Assembly (NCBI GenBank): GCA_000437435.1
Contig: FR899629.1
Span: forward strand, 171,572 to 235,571
Direction: 5' to 3'
From: Clostridium sp. CAG:768
GTDB taxonomy: Bacteria > Cyanobacteriota > Vampirovibrionia > Gastranaerophilales > Gastranaerophilaceae
Length of the DNA: 64,000 nucleotides
Numbering within the stretch: position 1 is the first letter of the stretch; each line of letters begins with the position of its first letter. The position numbers and the translations under genes were made by a program. The notes under the pieces were generated by a model. The model was not told the origin of the DNA, searched no databases, and saw only the letters and a list, made by a program, of their open reading frames with translations. Of this stretch, positions 40,460-50,024 are shown one piece after another.

Positions 40460-41479
40460 TTATTTGTTATTATCGTTATTGAAACTAAAATCAGCCATCA
40501 TTGAATTCATCATCATAGCTTGCATAACTCTTGGATCAATATTTTCGCCCTTTTGAGCCTGAGTCATCAACATTGGCAACATATTCATCATACTATTACC
40601 ATTGTTATTATTATTTCCTAACAACATACTCATTTCTGCCATTTGAGGATTTTGATATTGCATCATCTGAGCATAAGGATTTTCTGATTGAACAGATATT
40701 GATAAGCCAGCATCCTTTAATGTTTTAATAGCATTTAATACATCCTCATCACTCACTTGTGCTATTTTTTCATTTTCTACATCTTTTGATGTTGATTTAT
40801 TACTATCAAAATCTTTTATTCTTTGAATATCTTTATGTTCCAATTCTTCTTTTTGATTTATTGTTTCTTTAATATTAATTAATTGTTTTTGCTTAATTTC
40901 TTGATTTAATTCTGGAGATAAACCGTTTCCATAAGGAGCTCTAATAAATTTATCCAAATCATCTAATTCTTCAACAGGCTTTTTCTCTACAACAGGCTGA
41001 CAAGCAGGTCCATCTGTTAAACAATCACGACCTTTTGTAGCATATTGAACTAAATATTCATTTGGATTTAATGCAATAACTTTTTCATAAGCTTCAATAG
41101 CTTCATTTTTCATATCAACATGAGTATAAGCCATTGCCATATAATAATAAGCAAGAGCATTTGAAGGATCTTTTTTAGTTAAAGAAAATAATTCTTGCAA
41201 ACATCCAGCATAATTTCCAAATTTATACTTTGCAACTGCACTTTTTATATTAGCATTTGGATAGTAAATTGTATCTTTATCCAACTTTAAAGAAGATGCA
41301 CTTTTTGCATCTTCTTTATCACCTGAAAATGCATTACTTGGAGCATTCGCAATTTGTCTATTCGATTGCTGAGAATTACTCTTATTAATTGGTTCTAATT
41401 TATCTATACTTGAAGAATATGCCTTAATTGTACTTAGAGTAAGTAATAAAGCTAATATCCAAATAAACTTCTTATTCAT
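40460..41479 (-). CDS. Secreted TPR-repeat protein with Met/Asn-rich C-terminus
   Basis: Signal peptide, TPR motifs (ALAYYYMAMAYTHVDMKNEAIEAYEKVIALNP), and a low-complexity M/N/Q-rich tail. Confidence 0.5.
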   Translation of the reverse strand: MNKKFIWILALLLTLSTIKAYSSSIDKLEPINKSNSQQSNRQIANAPSNAFSGDKEDAKSASSLKLDKDTIYYPNANIKSAVAKYKFGNYAGCLQELFSLTKKDPSNALAYYYMAMAYTHVDMKNEAIEAYEKVIALNPNEYLVQYATKGRDCLTDGPACQPVVEKKPVEELDDLDKFIRAPYGNGLSPELNQEIKQKQLINIKETINQKEELEHKDIQRIKDFDSNKSTSKDVENEKIAQVSDEDVLNAIKTLKDAGLSISVQSENPYAQMMQYQNPQMAEMSMLLGNNNNNGNSMMNMLPMLMTQAQKGENIDPRVMQAMMMNSMMADFSFNNDNNK

Positions 41480-41583
41480 ACATGCATCCTTTTTTTTACT
41501 TATTTAATTATTTTTTTACATAAATCAAGCTTTTACTTTATTATATAACATTTTTTTTAATAATCATAGTGTAAATATATGAT

Positions 41584-42129
41584 TTATCTTAAAGCAAATT
41601 TACAACCACAATAATTCTGTCGATACAAACCAAGCTCTTTTGATATTTTATTTGTTTTCAAAAAACCATCCTTTTTCTTAAAATCTATTGCCAAATAATT
41701 TAAATCAAACTCATTTGCAATACGCTCTCCTATAGAAGTTAATTTTTGAAAATTCTTATGAGGACTTATAACCATTGATGTTGTAATATATTGAATTCCA
41801 TTCTCTTTAGCGAATTTAGCAGTTTTTAACAATCTTAATTCAAAACATTTGTCACATCTTATACCTTTTTCAGGTTCATTTTCTAATCCTGCAACAGATT
41901 CATAATATAAATCCGTTTCATAATCTCCTACAACCAACTCACAACCTAAATGCTTACAAAGACTAATTTCAGCGTCTAATCTTTTTTGGTATTCCTCTAT
42001 CGGATAAATATTAGGATTATAAAAATAAGCAATAACTTGATATCCCATATCTTTTAATAAAGATATAGGATATCCTGAACATATTGCACAACAAGTGTGT
42101 AAAACTATTTTATCTTTTTTCTGCTCCAA
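41584..42129 (-). CDS. queH: Epoxyqueuosine reductase QueH (DUF208)
   Basis: LHTCCAICS near the N-terminus and NYCGCKFA at the C-terminus are the QueH Cys signatures. Confidence 0.75.
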   Translation of the reverse strand: MEQKKDKIVLHTCCAICSGYPISLLKDMGYQVIAYFYNPNIYPIEEYQKRLDAEISLCKHLGCELVVGDYETDLYYESVAGLENEPEKGIRCDKCFELRLLKTAKFAKENGIQYITTSMVISPHKNFQKLTSIGERIANEFDLNYLAIDFKKKDGFLKTNKISKELGLYRQNYCGCKFALR

Positions 42130-43303
42130 GTTTTTCCACCCATTCTTGGTATTCTTTATATGTTTTTATACCAATATAAACTTCATTATTTATCATTGTA
42201 GAAGGCGTACCTTGAATACCTCTTTTATAAGCGTCATCAATTTGATCTTTAATCTCTTTTTGAGTTTCTGGGCTATTTGCATCTTCTTGCAATTTTTCCA
42301 TATCAAAGCCCATATCTGCAGCATATTTTAAGACATCTTCTTCAGTTTGAGGTTTTTTCTCAAATAACATATTATTCATATCCCATAACTTTCCTTGTTT
42401 TTCTGCTGCAATTGAATATCTAGCATCAATACAAGATCCATAATGGAAAGGTCCTTGCAAATATTTATTACAATCTGTATCTAAAGGAAGATTTCTATGA
42501 ACAATCTTAATTCCTTTCATTTCTTTTGCCAATTTATGCATCATTGAATTATGAACAGGACAAATTGGGCATTGATAATCGGAATATGTATAGATTATAA
42601 CCTTAGCGTCTTCATCTCCTAAAAGATTACCTTTTACTGCATATTTATTCTTTTTATGTGTAAATTCTTTAAATTCATACTGTCTCTTGACTTGAGGTGC
42701 AAATACAAAAGTAATTCTTGTATAAGCTAAAAATCCACCTGCAATAAGCATAACTATTATAAAAGCTATTAAATATTTTTTGATTTTAACCGCATCTAAA
42801 AAGTCGATAAAACTTTGTTTTATAGATTTTACAAAACCACCGTCTTTGAAATTTGTAGCTATACAACCTATCAAAAGATTTAATATGTATGTAAATGCAC
42901 AAAGTACACATAATTTTTTGATTTCAAATAAACTTAAACATAACAAAATCATTGAAATCAAAAAAGAAATTAGGCCTAAAGAAGCGATATAATCCAATGG
43001 ATTTTTAAACACTTCCAAAAATTTTAACAACTTAAAGTTTTTCAACTTTTGAGCAAACAACATTAACAAGACGAAAGAATAGAAAAATAATCCCCAATAA
43101 GCTAGAGGAATTCCTAAAAATTGAGCTTCTGTTGTTTTTGCAATACCATCACAATCAATAAATTCATTTATTGAACAAAAACTTGCTAATGCATATGGGT
43201 TAAAATTTGCATTATAATATATTATTGCAAGTTTAATAGTTGTTATAATTCCAATTAAAGAAATTACGCCAATCGCAACCTTTTTCTTTGTTTCTTTTTG
43301 CAT
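42110..43303 (-). CDS. Vitamin K epoxide reductase (VKOR) domain fused to a DsbA-like thioredoxin domain
   Basis: The N-terminal multi-TM region carries a CxxC in TM4 (LCVLCAF). The C-terminal Trx fold has a CPIC active site (YSDYQCPICPV). The probable start is MQKET at 43303. Confidence 0.65.
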   Translation of the reverse strand: MQKETKKKVAIGVISLIGIITTIKLAIIYYNANFNPYALASFCSINEFIDCDGIAKTTEAQFLGIPLAYWGLFFYSFVLLMLFAQKLKNFKLLKFLEVFKNPLDYIASLGLISFLISMILLCLSLFEIKKLCVLCAFTYILNLLIGCIATNFKDGGFVKSIKQSFIDFLDAVKIKKYLIAFIIVMLIAGGFLAYTRITFVFAPQVKRQYEFKEFTHKKNKYAVKGNLLGDEDAKVIIYTYSDYQCPICPVHNSMMHKLAKEMKGIKIVHRNLPLDTDCNKYLQGPFHYGSCIDARYSIAAEKQGKLWDMNNMLFEKKPQTEEDVLKYAADMGFDMEKLQEDANSPETQKEIKDQIDDAYKRGIQGTPSTMINNEVYIGIKTYKEYQEWVEKLGAEKR

Positions 43304-43474
43304 ACATACCTCTCCTATTATAAATCTATAATACAATTTTAATGAATATAAATCAATAGCATAAAGCAGAATAAAAAATAACCTTTGGGTAGTATCAATA
43401 AATCCTTAGCTTGAATAAATTTAAAATATATGATATAATAATATACATACGTAGATTATTTATGAGAGGTTGAT

Positions 43475-44230
43475 TTGAAAAAGAATATTCTTGATTTGTT
43501 TTTAGAAAAAGTATTAAATGTACCCTTATGGATTAAACAAGTAATTTATTTAAAATTAGAAAAAGAAATGAAAGAAATGGCTTGTGATAATTTTCTAAAA
43601 GAACATCCAAATGACATTTTTTCAACATTTGTACCAACATTGACATTTAAAGGAAAAACAGAATTAACTGAAAGAAAATGTGGTCTCGATAATAATATAT
43701 ATAATTTTTTACAAGGGTGTGCTAACGAATATTCAATGCTTGAAATTTCAGTTAATACATTCCTTTCTATGGAAGAAGTTGCTAAATATTATGAACTATG
43801 CCTTGAACAAAATTTTATAAAAGTACCTGACTCAAAAGAAATTCATGCAATGGCAGGATTTATTGCCGGAAAATTCAGAATAGGCGAATATTTCAAACAA
43901 AAAGGAGTCTTATCTGTAGATCAACTACAACAAGCTATCTTAGCTAACAGAGATGCACAAGAATCAGGTAATCCTAAAAAATTCGGAGAAATTCTTATTG
44001 GATTAGGTTTTATTAAAGAAGATGATATAAAAGCTCTAGTTATTTTAAAAGAAGAAGCTAAAAAACGTTTCATACTTGATTATAATACTGTTCCAAAACC
44101 GGAAACTACATTTACAAATGATAATCAAAAATATGAAGAAGAAATAGCAAATCTAAAAGATGAAAACTTAAAATTAAAAAGAAAAATGCTTCAACTTTTA
44201 GAATTAGTAAAAAGAAACGGTCATCAATAA
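43475..44230 (+). CDS. Hypothetical protein with GspE-N/MshEN-like repeat and C-terminal coiled coil
   Basis: IGEYFKQKGVLSVDQLQQAI...FGEILIGLGFIKEDDIKALV resembles the paired half-repeats of the T2SS-E N-terminal (MshEN) domain. Confidence 0.35.
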   Translation: MKKNILDLFLEKVLNVPLWIKQVIYLKLEKEMKEMACDNFLKEHPNDIFSTFVPTLTFKGKTELTERKCGLDNNIYNFLQGCANEYSMLEISVNTFLSMEEVAKYYELCLEQNFIKVPDSKEIHAMAGFIAGKFRIGEYFKQKGVLSVDQLQQAILANRDAQESGNPKKFGEILIGLGFIKEDDIKALVILKEEAKKRFILDYNTVPKPETTFTNDNQKYEEEIANLKDENLKLKRKMLQLLELVKRNGHQ

Positions 44231-44239
44231 TTTTATTGA

Positions 44240-45526
44240 TTATTTCATTTTTATTTTACCATCAAACCAATCATTCACCAAAATATTAAAATCAGCTTTT
44301 ATATTTTGATATGCTTGTTGCGGATAAGTCCTGTTCTGAGTTTCAATACTCAGAAAATATAATCCTCTATTATATAAATTTTGAGCAGAAGATATTATTT
44401 CTTTAGGAATATTATTTTTATATATTTTACTTGCATGAGCAATTTCAAATAATCTACGTTTATCAAGGCCACTTAAATATTTTTTCAATGTTTTGCCATC
44501 TTTTTCGACAACAAAAATTCTTTTATCTTTAAATTTTGCCACATATGCATTTAATTCAGCTTTAGAATTAAACTTCATTATTGAATAATCTGTATCCATT
44601 TTTAAAATAGCAGATTTATAATCACCTTTTTGTAAACTGCTAATCAAATCTTTTTTATTTTCAAATACAGTTTCGCCTCTATTAAATACAAAATCCATCA
44701 CTGAATCTTTTACTGGTTGAGGCATTTTTTTATAAGTAGCATCACCTATAAGAAGTTTTATATTTTGTTCTCTATCAACCAAATCCTGAGCTAACATTGT
44801 ATATATTTGAGCATCTGAAAATGTTTTACCTGCAATTTTTTTTGCTTCTGAATTAGACAATGCATGTCCAATACCTATCGTTTTTACACCATTTCTGTCA
44901 GTATAAATTTTATTATGTTTGTCTTCAAGAATCTCAAGAGATTTTAAATATTCCAAACTCAGACCAGTAGCTTTTGCTACATCATTTATATTTTTTACAT
45001 TTCTGACAGTTCTTGTTTCAGGAATTTTAATTACCGTACCAATTTTTAAAATTTTTTCATCTAAAGAATTCAGAGCAATAATTGCATCTGGCGATACATT
45101 AAACTTTTTAGCAATTAATTCTGCTGTATCTCCTTCTTTTATCGTATAAGGAGGATTTTTTGTTATTTTTACAAATTTATTTCTAGCATTTTCTCTTGCT
45201 ATTTCTTCATCAGAAATTTCTCTATACATTTGAAAACCTGAATTATCTGCTTTTTTAGTTTTTGGAAATATAGTTTCAGAAGATTTTGACGGAATTTTTA
45301 AATTTTGACCAACAGACAACATATCACCTTTTATTCCATTAGCAGATTTCAATGACTCAACTGAAACTCCATGAGATTTTGCAATAGAATACAAGGTTTC
45401 TCCTTGCTTTACCTTATGGTAAACAACAGGTGATTGTTTTTTGTTTGAATTTTTCTGCTCTACTTTTTTATCAGAAGAAAAACCAAATAAATCTGCTATA
45501 AAATCTAAAAAACCTAAACCAAACAT
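44240..45526 (-). CDS. LysM-domain protein (two LysM motifs) with an uncharacterised C-terminal domain
   Basis: YHKVKQGETLYSIAKSHGVSVESLKSANGI and YTIKEGDTAELIAKKFNVSPDAIIALNSL are LysM motifs. Confidence 0.55.
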   Translation of the reverse strand: MFGLGFLDFIADLFGFSSDKKVEQKNSNKKQSPVVYHKVKQGETLYSIAKSHGVSVESLKSANGIKGDMLSVGQNLKIPSKSSETIFPKTKKADNSGFQMYREISDEEIARENARNKFVKITKNPPYTIKEGDTAELIAKKFNVSPDAIIALNSLDEKILKIGTVIKIPETRTVRNVKNINDVAKATGLSLEYLKSLEILEDKHNKIYTDRNGVKTIGIGHALSNSEAKKIAGKTFSDAQIYTMLAQDLVDREQNIKLLIGDATYKKMPQPVKDSVMDFVFNRGETVFENKKDLISSLQKGDYKSAILKMDTDYSIMKFNSKAELNAYVAKFKDKRIFVVEKDGKTLKKYLSGLDKRRLFEIAHASKIYKNNIPKEIISSAQNLYNRGLYFLSIETQNRTYPQQAYQNIKADFNILVNDWFDGKIKMK

Positions 45527-45535
45527 ATTATTACC

Positions 45536-47350
45536 TTAATTATTCATAGTCTCTTCAATCGCATCAGCGACACACTTCATATATTTTTTTTGATCGTAAC
45601 TGGATAATAGAGAATTTGTAATATCTCCATTTGCAATATTACCAATTTCTAATAATGAAGACGGTACACCTTTAGTAGCATTATTTACATATAAATTATC
45701 GTGCGTAACATCTGGAGTTAAAGCCATAAAACCTTTTTTTAAATGTTTATTTATGTTATCAGACAATTCTTTATCGATATCTTTTGAATATCTCACTGTA
45801 CACATTCTTGAATTAGGTCTTTCTTTTGCAGATTCTACATGGACAGAAAGAAACAACATATCTGATTTATCTGTATCACTAATTAATTCTCTAACCTCAT
45901 CTGATCCTTTTTTACCGGCAATTAAATTTTCTAGGTAATGTTGTTTCGCCATACCGCCATTTCTTACAGCACCTGAAACAAAAATAACATTTGCCCCTCT
46001 GCTTCTTAATTCATCTGATAATTTATCAACAAAACTTTGGGCAACACGCCATTCTTCAATTGGCATTTCGTTACCTTCAGCATTTTTAACAGACAAAACA
46101 GTTCCAGGATCAAAATATCCGTTGTTTTGCTGATAACCGCCATGCCCGGAGTTTAAAATTATTACTTTACCATTCAAATCACCATTACGAGTAGGTTCTC
46201 TTAACTCAGTTAGAGCCTCAATTTTTTTAGTTTCAGTATTATAATTTGGTAAAGGTCTTACAATATAAGGATTTTCTACCTTACTAAAACCTTTATCATT
46301 TTTACCGCTACTTATAGCCCATTTTTTTAATGTACCAGCAGTCACATAATTACCACTGCCGTCTTTTATATTAGTTAAAGTAGAACTTGTAATATCTTCA
46401 CTACTACCGCCATTTGAACTTTTCATAATTTCCATAGGAGTAGATGATGATGCTCCTTTAGATTTTGATGGTACAGCTTGATGATTAATCAGACTATTAA
46501 TCATCGAATCCAATTTTTCAGTATTTACCATACCAATAAATTTTCCAAATTGTTTATCTAATTCTGTTTTAAATTCTTGTCTTTTTGCAGCATTGACTGT
46601 TTTAGTTTGCTTTGCCAAATTATCATAGACATTCATTATTGCATCTTTTCGTAAATCTTTAGAACTCCATATCTCAGAAGATATCGCATTTATTAAAGAT
46701 TCATCATTATCAGGCAATTCATCATAAGCTTTGATTACTTGTTTTACATTTTTTTCATTTATTTGCAAAAATGCTTTACTAAAATCTTCTTTTCCTACAG
46801 CACCATAATTTGAAGATACTGCATCTCTAATTTGTTCTGCAATTTTTTGAGGACTTACAGAAGGTGTATCTTTTTTTCGAACATTACCGTTATCTATTTT
46901 CTTTACTTGTTTGGGCTTTGTTTTTTGTATTGTTTTTCCCGATTTTTCTTGGACAATTGTGTCTTTAGGATAAACATAAAAATACTCACCTTTTGCAGGC
47001 TGATAATTTTTAGGTAAACCATTTAACTTTAACAATTCATCTAAAGTCATTCCGTTCTTTTCTGCTAAATATTTTAAACCTTTACCATCAGGAATTTTTT
47101 CGTGCGGAACATTTTTTATAACCTGACCTTTTGTTAAAGTATCTTTTGTAAGTCCTGTAAGTTTTTTAAAATCACTCAAAGACATATTAAATTTACGAGC
47201 AATAGCAGTTAATCCTGTTTCATTACCACTTACTGTAACGACATATTCACCTTTAGTTCTAGCTTCTTTTTTTAATTTTTCAATATCTTTTTTCGCTTCA
47301 GTTGAACCGTTATTTGTACTTGCATTTACACTCGTAATTTGAAAATCCAT
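45536..47350 (-). CDS. N-acetylmuramoyl-L-alanine amidase (Amidase_3) with N-terminal LysM-like domains
   Basis: The C-terminal domain has ILNSGHGG....DPG and SVHVESA, matching AmiC-type amidase_3. Confidence 0.75.
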   Translation of the reverse strand: MDFQITSVNASTNNGSTEAKKDIEKLKKEARTKGEYVVTVSGNETGLTAIARKFNMSLSDFKKLTGLTKDTLTKGQVIKNVPHEKIPDGKGLKYLAEKNGMTLDELLKLNGLPKNYQPAKGEYFYVYPKDTIVQEKSGKTIQKTKPKQVKKIDNGNVRKKDTPSVSPQKIAEQIRDAVSSNYGAVGKEDFSKAFLQINEKNVKQVIKAYDELPDNDESLINAISSEIWSSKDLRKDAIMNVYDNLAKQTKTVNAAKRQEFKTELDKQFGKFIGMVNTEKLDSMINSLINHQAVPSKSKGASSSTPMEIMKSSNGGSSEDITSSTLTNIKDGSGNYVTAGTLKKWAISSGKNDKGFSKVENPYIVRPLPNYNTETKKIEALTELREPTRNGDLNGKVIILNSGHGGYQQNNGYFDPGTVLSVKNAEGNEMPIEEWRVAQSFVDKLSDELRSRGANVIFVSGAVRNGGMAKQHYLENLIAGKKGSDEVRELISDTDKSDMLFLSVHVESAKERPNSRMCTVRYSKDIDKELSDNINKHLKKGFMALTPDVTHDNLYVNNATKGVPSSLLEIGNIANGDITNSLLSSYDQKKYMKCVADAIEETMNN

Positions 47351-47454
47351 ATAATAATATTCCTATTTCTTACACACATAAAAAATAACGGTATATTTCA
47401 AAACATTCTTTAAAAAATACCGTTATCTATCTTTATATTTATTTACAAATCAAA

Positions 47455-48105
47455 TTATGTATTAAAAATTCTATCTCCTGCATCACCCATGCCTGGGACA
47501 ATATAACCTTTTTCATTTAAGCATTCATCAACAGCTGCTGTAATAATTTCAATATCAGGATAATGTTTTTGAATATTCTCAATTCCCTGAGGAGCTGCAA
47601 TAATACAAATTACTTTAATATTGTCAATAGGAATTCCTTTATCTGCATATAATTTTATTGCTTCAATCAAAGAATTTCCTGTAGCTAACATCGGATCTGT
47701 TATATATATATAAAATTTTTCAGGATTAGGCGCTTCCATTGGAACTTTATTGTAATACCAAACAGGTTTTAAAGTCTTTTCATCTCTATACATTCCAATA
47801 TGTCTTATACAAGCTTGAGGCAAAATATCAATAGCTTCATCTGTAAAAATAAGTCCGGCACGTAAAATTGGAGAAATAATTAAATTTATATTCGGATCAA
47901 CCGTTTTAGCTGTAAATGTAGTCAATGGAGTGGTTACCTGAGTATCAACAAGCGGTAAATTTTTTGCAGCTTCATACAAAAGACATCTTGTTATTTTTCT
48001 TGTCGCAATTCGAACCCCTTGACTATCTGTATTTTTATCACGCATTGTGCATAAATTTAATAACACAACAGGATTATTTATTATTCTGACTTTCTCTTTG
48101 TTCAT
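47455..48105 (-). CDS. upp: Uracil phosphoribosyltransferase
   Basis: ITDPMLATGNS PRPP-binding loop and the C-terminal YIVPGMGDAGDR motif. Confidence 0.9.
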   Translation of the reverse strand: MNKEKVRIINNPVVLLNLCTMRDKNTDSQGVRIATRKITRCLLYEAAKNLPLVDTQVTTPLTTFTAKTVDPNINLIISPILRAGLIFTDEAIDILPQACIRHIGMYRDEKTLKPVWYYNKVPMEAPNPEKFYIYITDPMLATGNSLIEAIKLYADKGIPIDNIKVICIIAAPQGIENIQKHYPDIEIITAAVDECLNEKGYIVPGMGDAGDRIFNT

Positions 48106-48742
48106 ATTTTACCCCTTCTTTTTTAAAAGTAGAAAACTCTTTTAACCATTTATCTAAAAGTCCCATATTACTTTGAATTTCTCCAACATTAATACCTTTT
48201 CCCATTTCAACTGCTCCAGTTTCTTTTGCAAAAAATGAAAGTTTTGTAGATATAGAACCTATTTTATCAAACATATCATTCAACAAACCTAAAGAATCAT
48301 GTAATCGTTTAGGAGATTGAACAACAATCAATTTATTTTTTGCAATACTTTCATCTGTCGGAGGATAAATTTCTAAAGATTTGGATCCGCCCATACCGTT
48401 AAACTCAACAGTTGCGATAGAACCTTTTGGTAACTCAACATCGTTAGCAGTTATAACAATTTTTAAATAAACTTCATTAGAAACGATTTTAACTTTCTCA
48501 ATATATCCGACCGGAACCCCCATAAACTTGACAGGAGAACCAACAATTAATCCATCAACATCAGGCATAAAAATCTGATATGTCACAAGCTCTTTTTCCT
48601 TGTGATAATGGTGAATTTTAATACCTGCCACAGCAACACATAATATAAAAAACCAAATAACGAATTCTATTAAAATATATTTGTGAATTCCGTCAAAAAT
48701 TTTCATAAGCCAATTATACAACAATTCATATTTTTTTGCCAC
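48074..48742 (-). CDS. MCE/MlaD-family protein (N-terminal TM plus MCE domain)
   Basis: LIVGSPVKFMGVPVGYIEKVKI is an MCE signature. It overlaps upp by 32 nt. Confidence 0.55.
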   Translation of the reverse strand: MAKKYELLYNWLMKIFDGIHKYILIEFVIWFFILCVAVAGIKIHHYHKEKELVTYQIFMPDVDGLIVGSPVKFMGVPVGYIEKVKIVSNEVYLKIVITANDVELPKGSIATVEFNGMGGSKSLEIYPPTDESIAKNKLIVVQSPKRLHDSLGLLNDMFDKIGSISTKLSFFAKETGAVEMGKGINVGEIQSNMGLLDKWLKEFSTFKKEGVKYEQRESQNNK

Positions 48743-48807
48743 TTGCCAAAATTTTTTTTGTATTATAGTATTAAATATATATTAAACAAAAAGTGAGGTT
48801 TTAACTT

Positions 48808-49050
48808 ATGATGGATCAAATAATAAGAGTTGCATGGGATTTAAACGAAAATACCGACAACAGATATCAATTAGTATATGAAATTGCAGAGCTTGCAAAA
48901 AAACTTGTAGATGAAAACCAAGCTAAAAAAGCTCATGATGATTTCAATTTTGAAGAAAATTTTGACACAACTTATAAAAAAGAAAATCCTGTGGAACATG
49001 CCATAATGGTTAAAGCTGCAGAAGCTGATGATGACCGTTTAGTAGGTTAA
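48808..49050 (+). CDS. Small acidic hypothetical protein
   Basis: ORF of 80 aa. Confidence 0.3.
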   Translation: MMDQIIRVAWDLNENTDNRYQLVYEIAELAKKLVDENQAKKAHDDFNFEENFDTTYKKENPVEHAIMVKAAEADDDRLVG

Positions 49051-49131
49051 TTTCACTAAACAAAAGGATAAAGTTTTATAAAAAAGTTAGAGTAATCTCT
49101 AACTTTTTTAATGGGGAAAAGGAGTTTATAT

Positions 49132-49932
49132 ATGCAAAACACAATCGAATTTATCAGGGAAAAAACTAACAATTTTAAACCGGAAATAGCTATTGTTCTT
49201 GGTTCAGGACTTGGAGAACTAGCTGATGAATACTGTGATTATGCTATTCCTTATAATGAAATTCCTGACTTTATCAAATCTACCGTACATGGACATAAAG
49301 GAAGATTAGTTTTTGCAGAAATTCAAGGCAAAAAAGTTGTAATGATGCAAGGACGTAACCATTTTTATGAAGGACATTCAATGCAGGAAATAACTTATCC
49401 AATAAAAGTTATGAAAGCTCTTGGTATAAAAACTCTAATTCTTACAAACGCAGCAGGAGCTGTAAACGAAGAATACAGACCTGCAGATTTAATGTTAATA
49501 ACCGATCATATAAATCATATGGGCTCAAATCCTCTTATAGGTCCAAATGATGAAAAATTAGGTGAACGTTTCCCTGATATGACAGAAGTCTATAAAAAAT
49601 CATTAATTGAAATAGCAGAAAAATGTGCTAATGATCTAAATATAGATATTAAAAAAGGCGTATATTGGGCAAATTCCGGACCGTCTTATGAAACACCTGC
49701 AGAAATAAAAATGATTAGAAAACTCGGCGGAGATGCTGTTGGAATGTCTACTGTACCGGAAGCTATCGTAGGAAATTATTGCGGATTAAATATCTTAGGA
49801 ATAAGTTGCATTACAAATGCTGCAAGTTCTGAAACAAGTGGAAAATTATCTCATGAAGAAGTTATTGAAGCCGCAAATAGCGCAAAAATAAAATTTAAAA
49901 GCCTTATTTTATCAGTATTACAGCATTTATAA
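49132..49932 (+). CDS. punA: Purine nucleoside phosphorylase (PNP-I / PunA type)
   Basis: IVLGSGLG..., HGHKGRLVF, NAAGA and M...VPE motifs. AAGGAG RBS before the ATG at 49132. Confidence 0.85.
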   Translation: MQNTIEFIREKTNNFKPEIAIVLGSGLGELADEYCDYAIPYNEIPDFIKSTVHGHKGRLVFAEIQGKKVVMMQGRNHFYEGHSMQEITYPIKVMKALGIKTLILTNAAGAVNEEYRPADLMLITDHINHMGSNPLIGPNDEKLGERFPDMTEVYKKSLIEIAEKCANDLNIDIKKGVYWANSGPSYETPAEIKMIRKLGGDAVGMSTVPEAIVGNYCGLNILGISCITNAASSETSGKLSHEEVIEAANSAKIKFKSLILSVLQHL

Positions 49933-50024
49933 AAAATTTGTTAAATACTGTAAATTTTGTATATACTGCCACTTGTCAAAAAAACATGTTCAGTTAAAAA
50001 TACATGACGGGAAGGAAAAAGACA

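Noticed and set aside
47383-47430. Possible terminator hairpin downstream of upp (TAACGGTAT ... ATACCGTTA)
   Set aside because: The loop is about 22 nt, which makes a stable intrinsic terminator doubtful, so it is not annotated.
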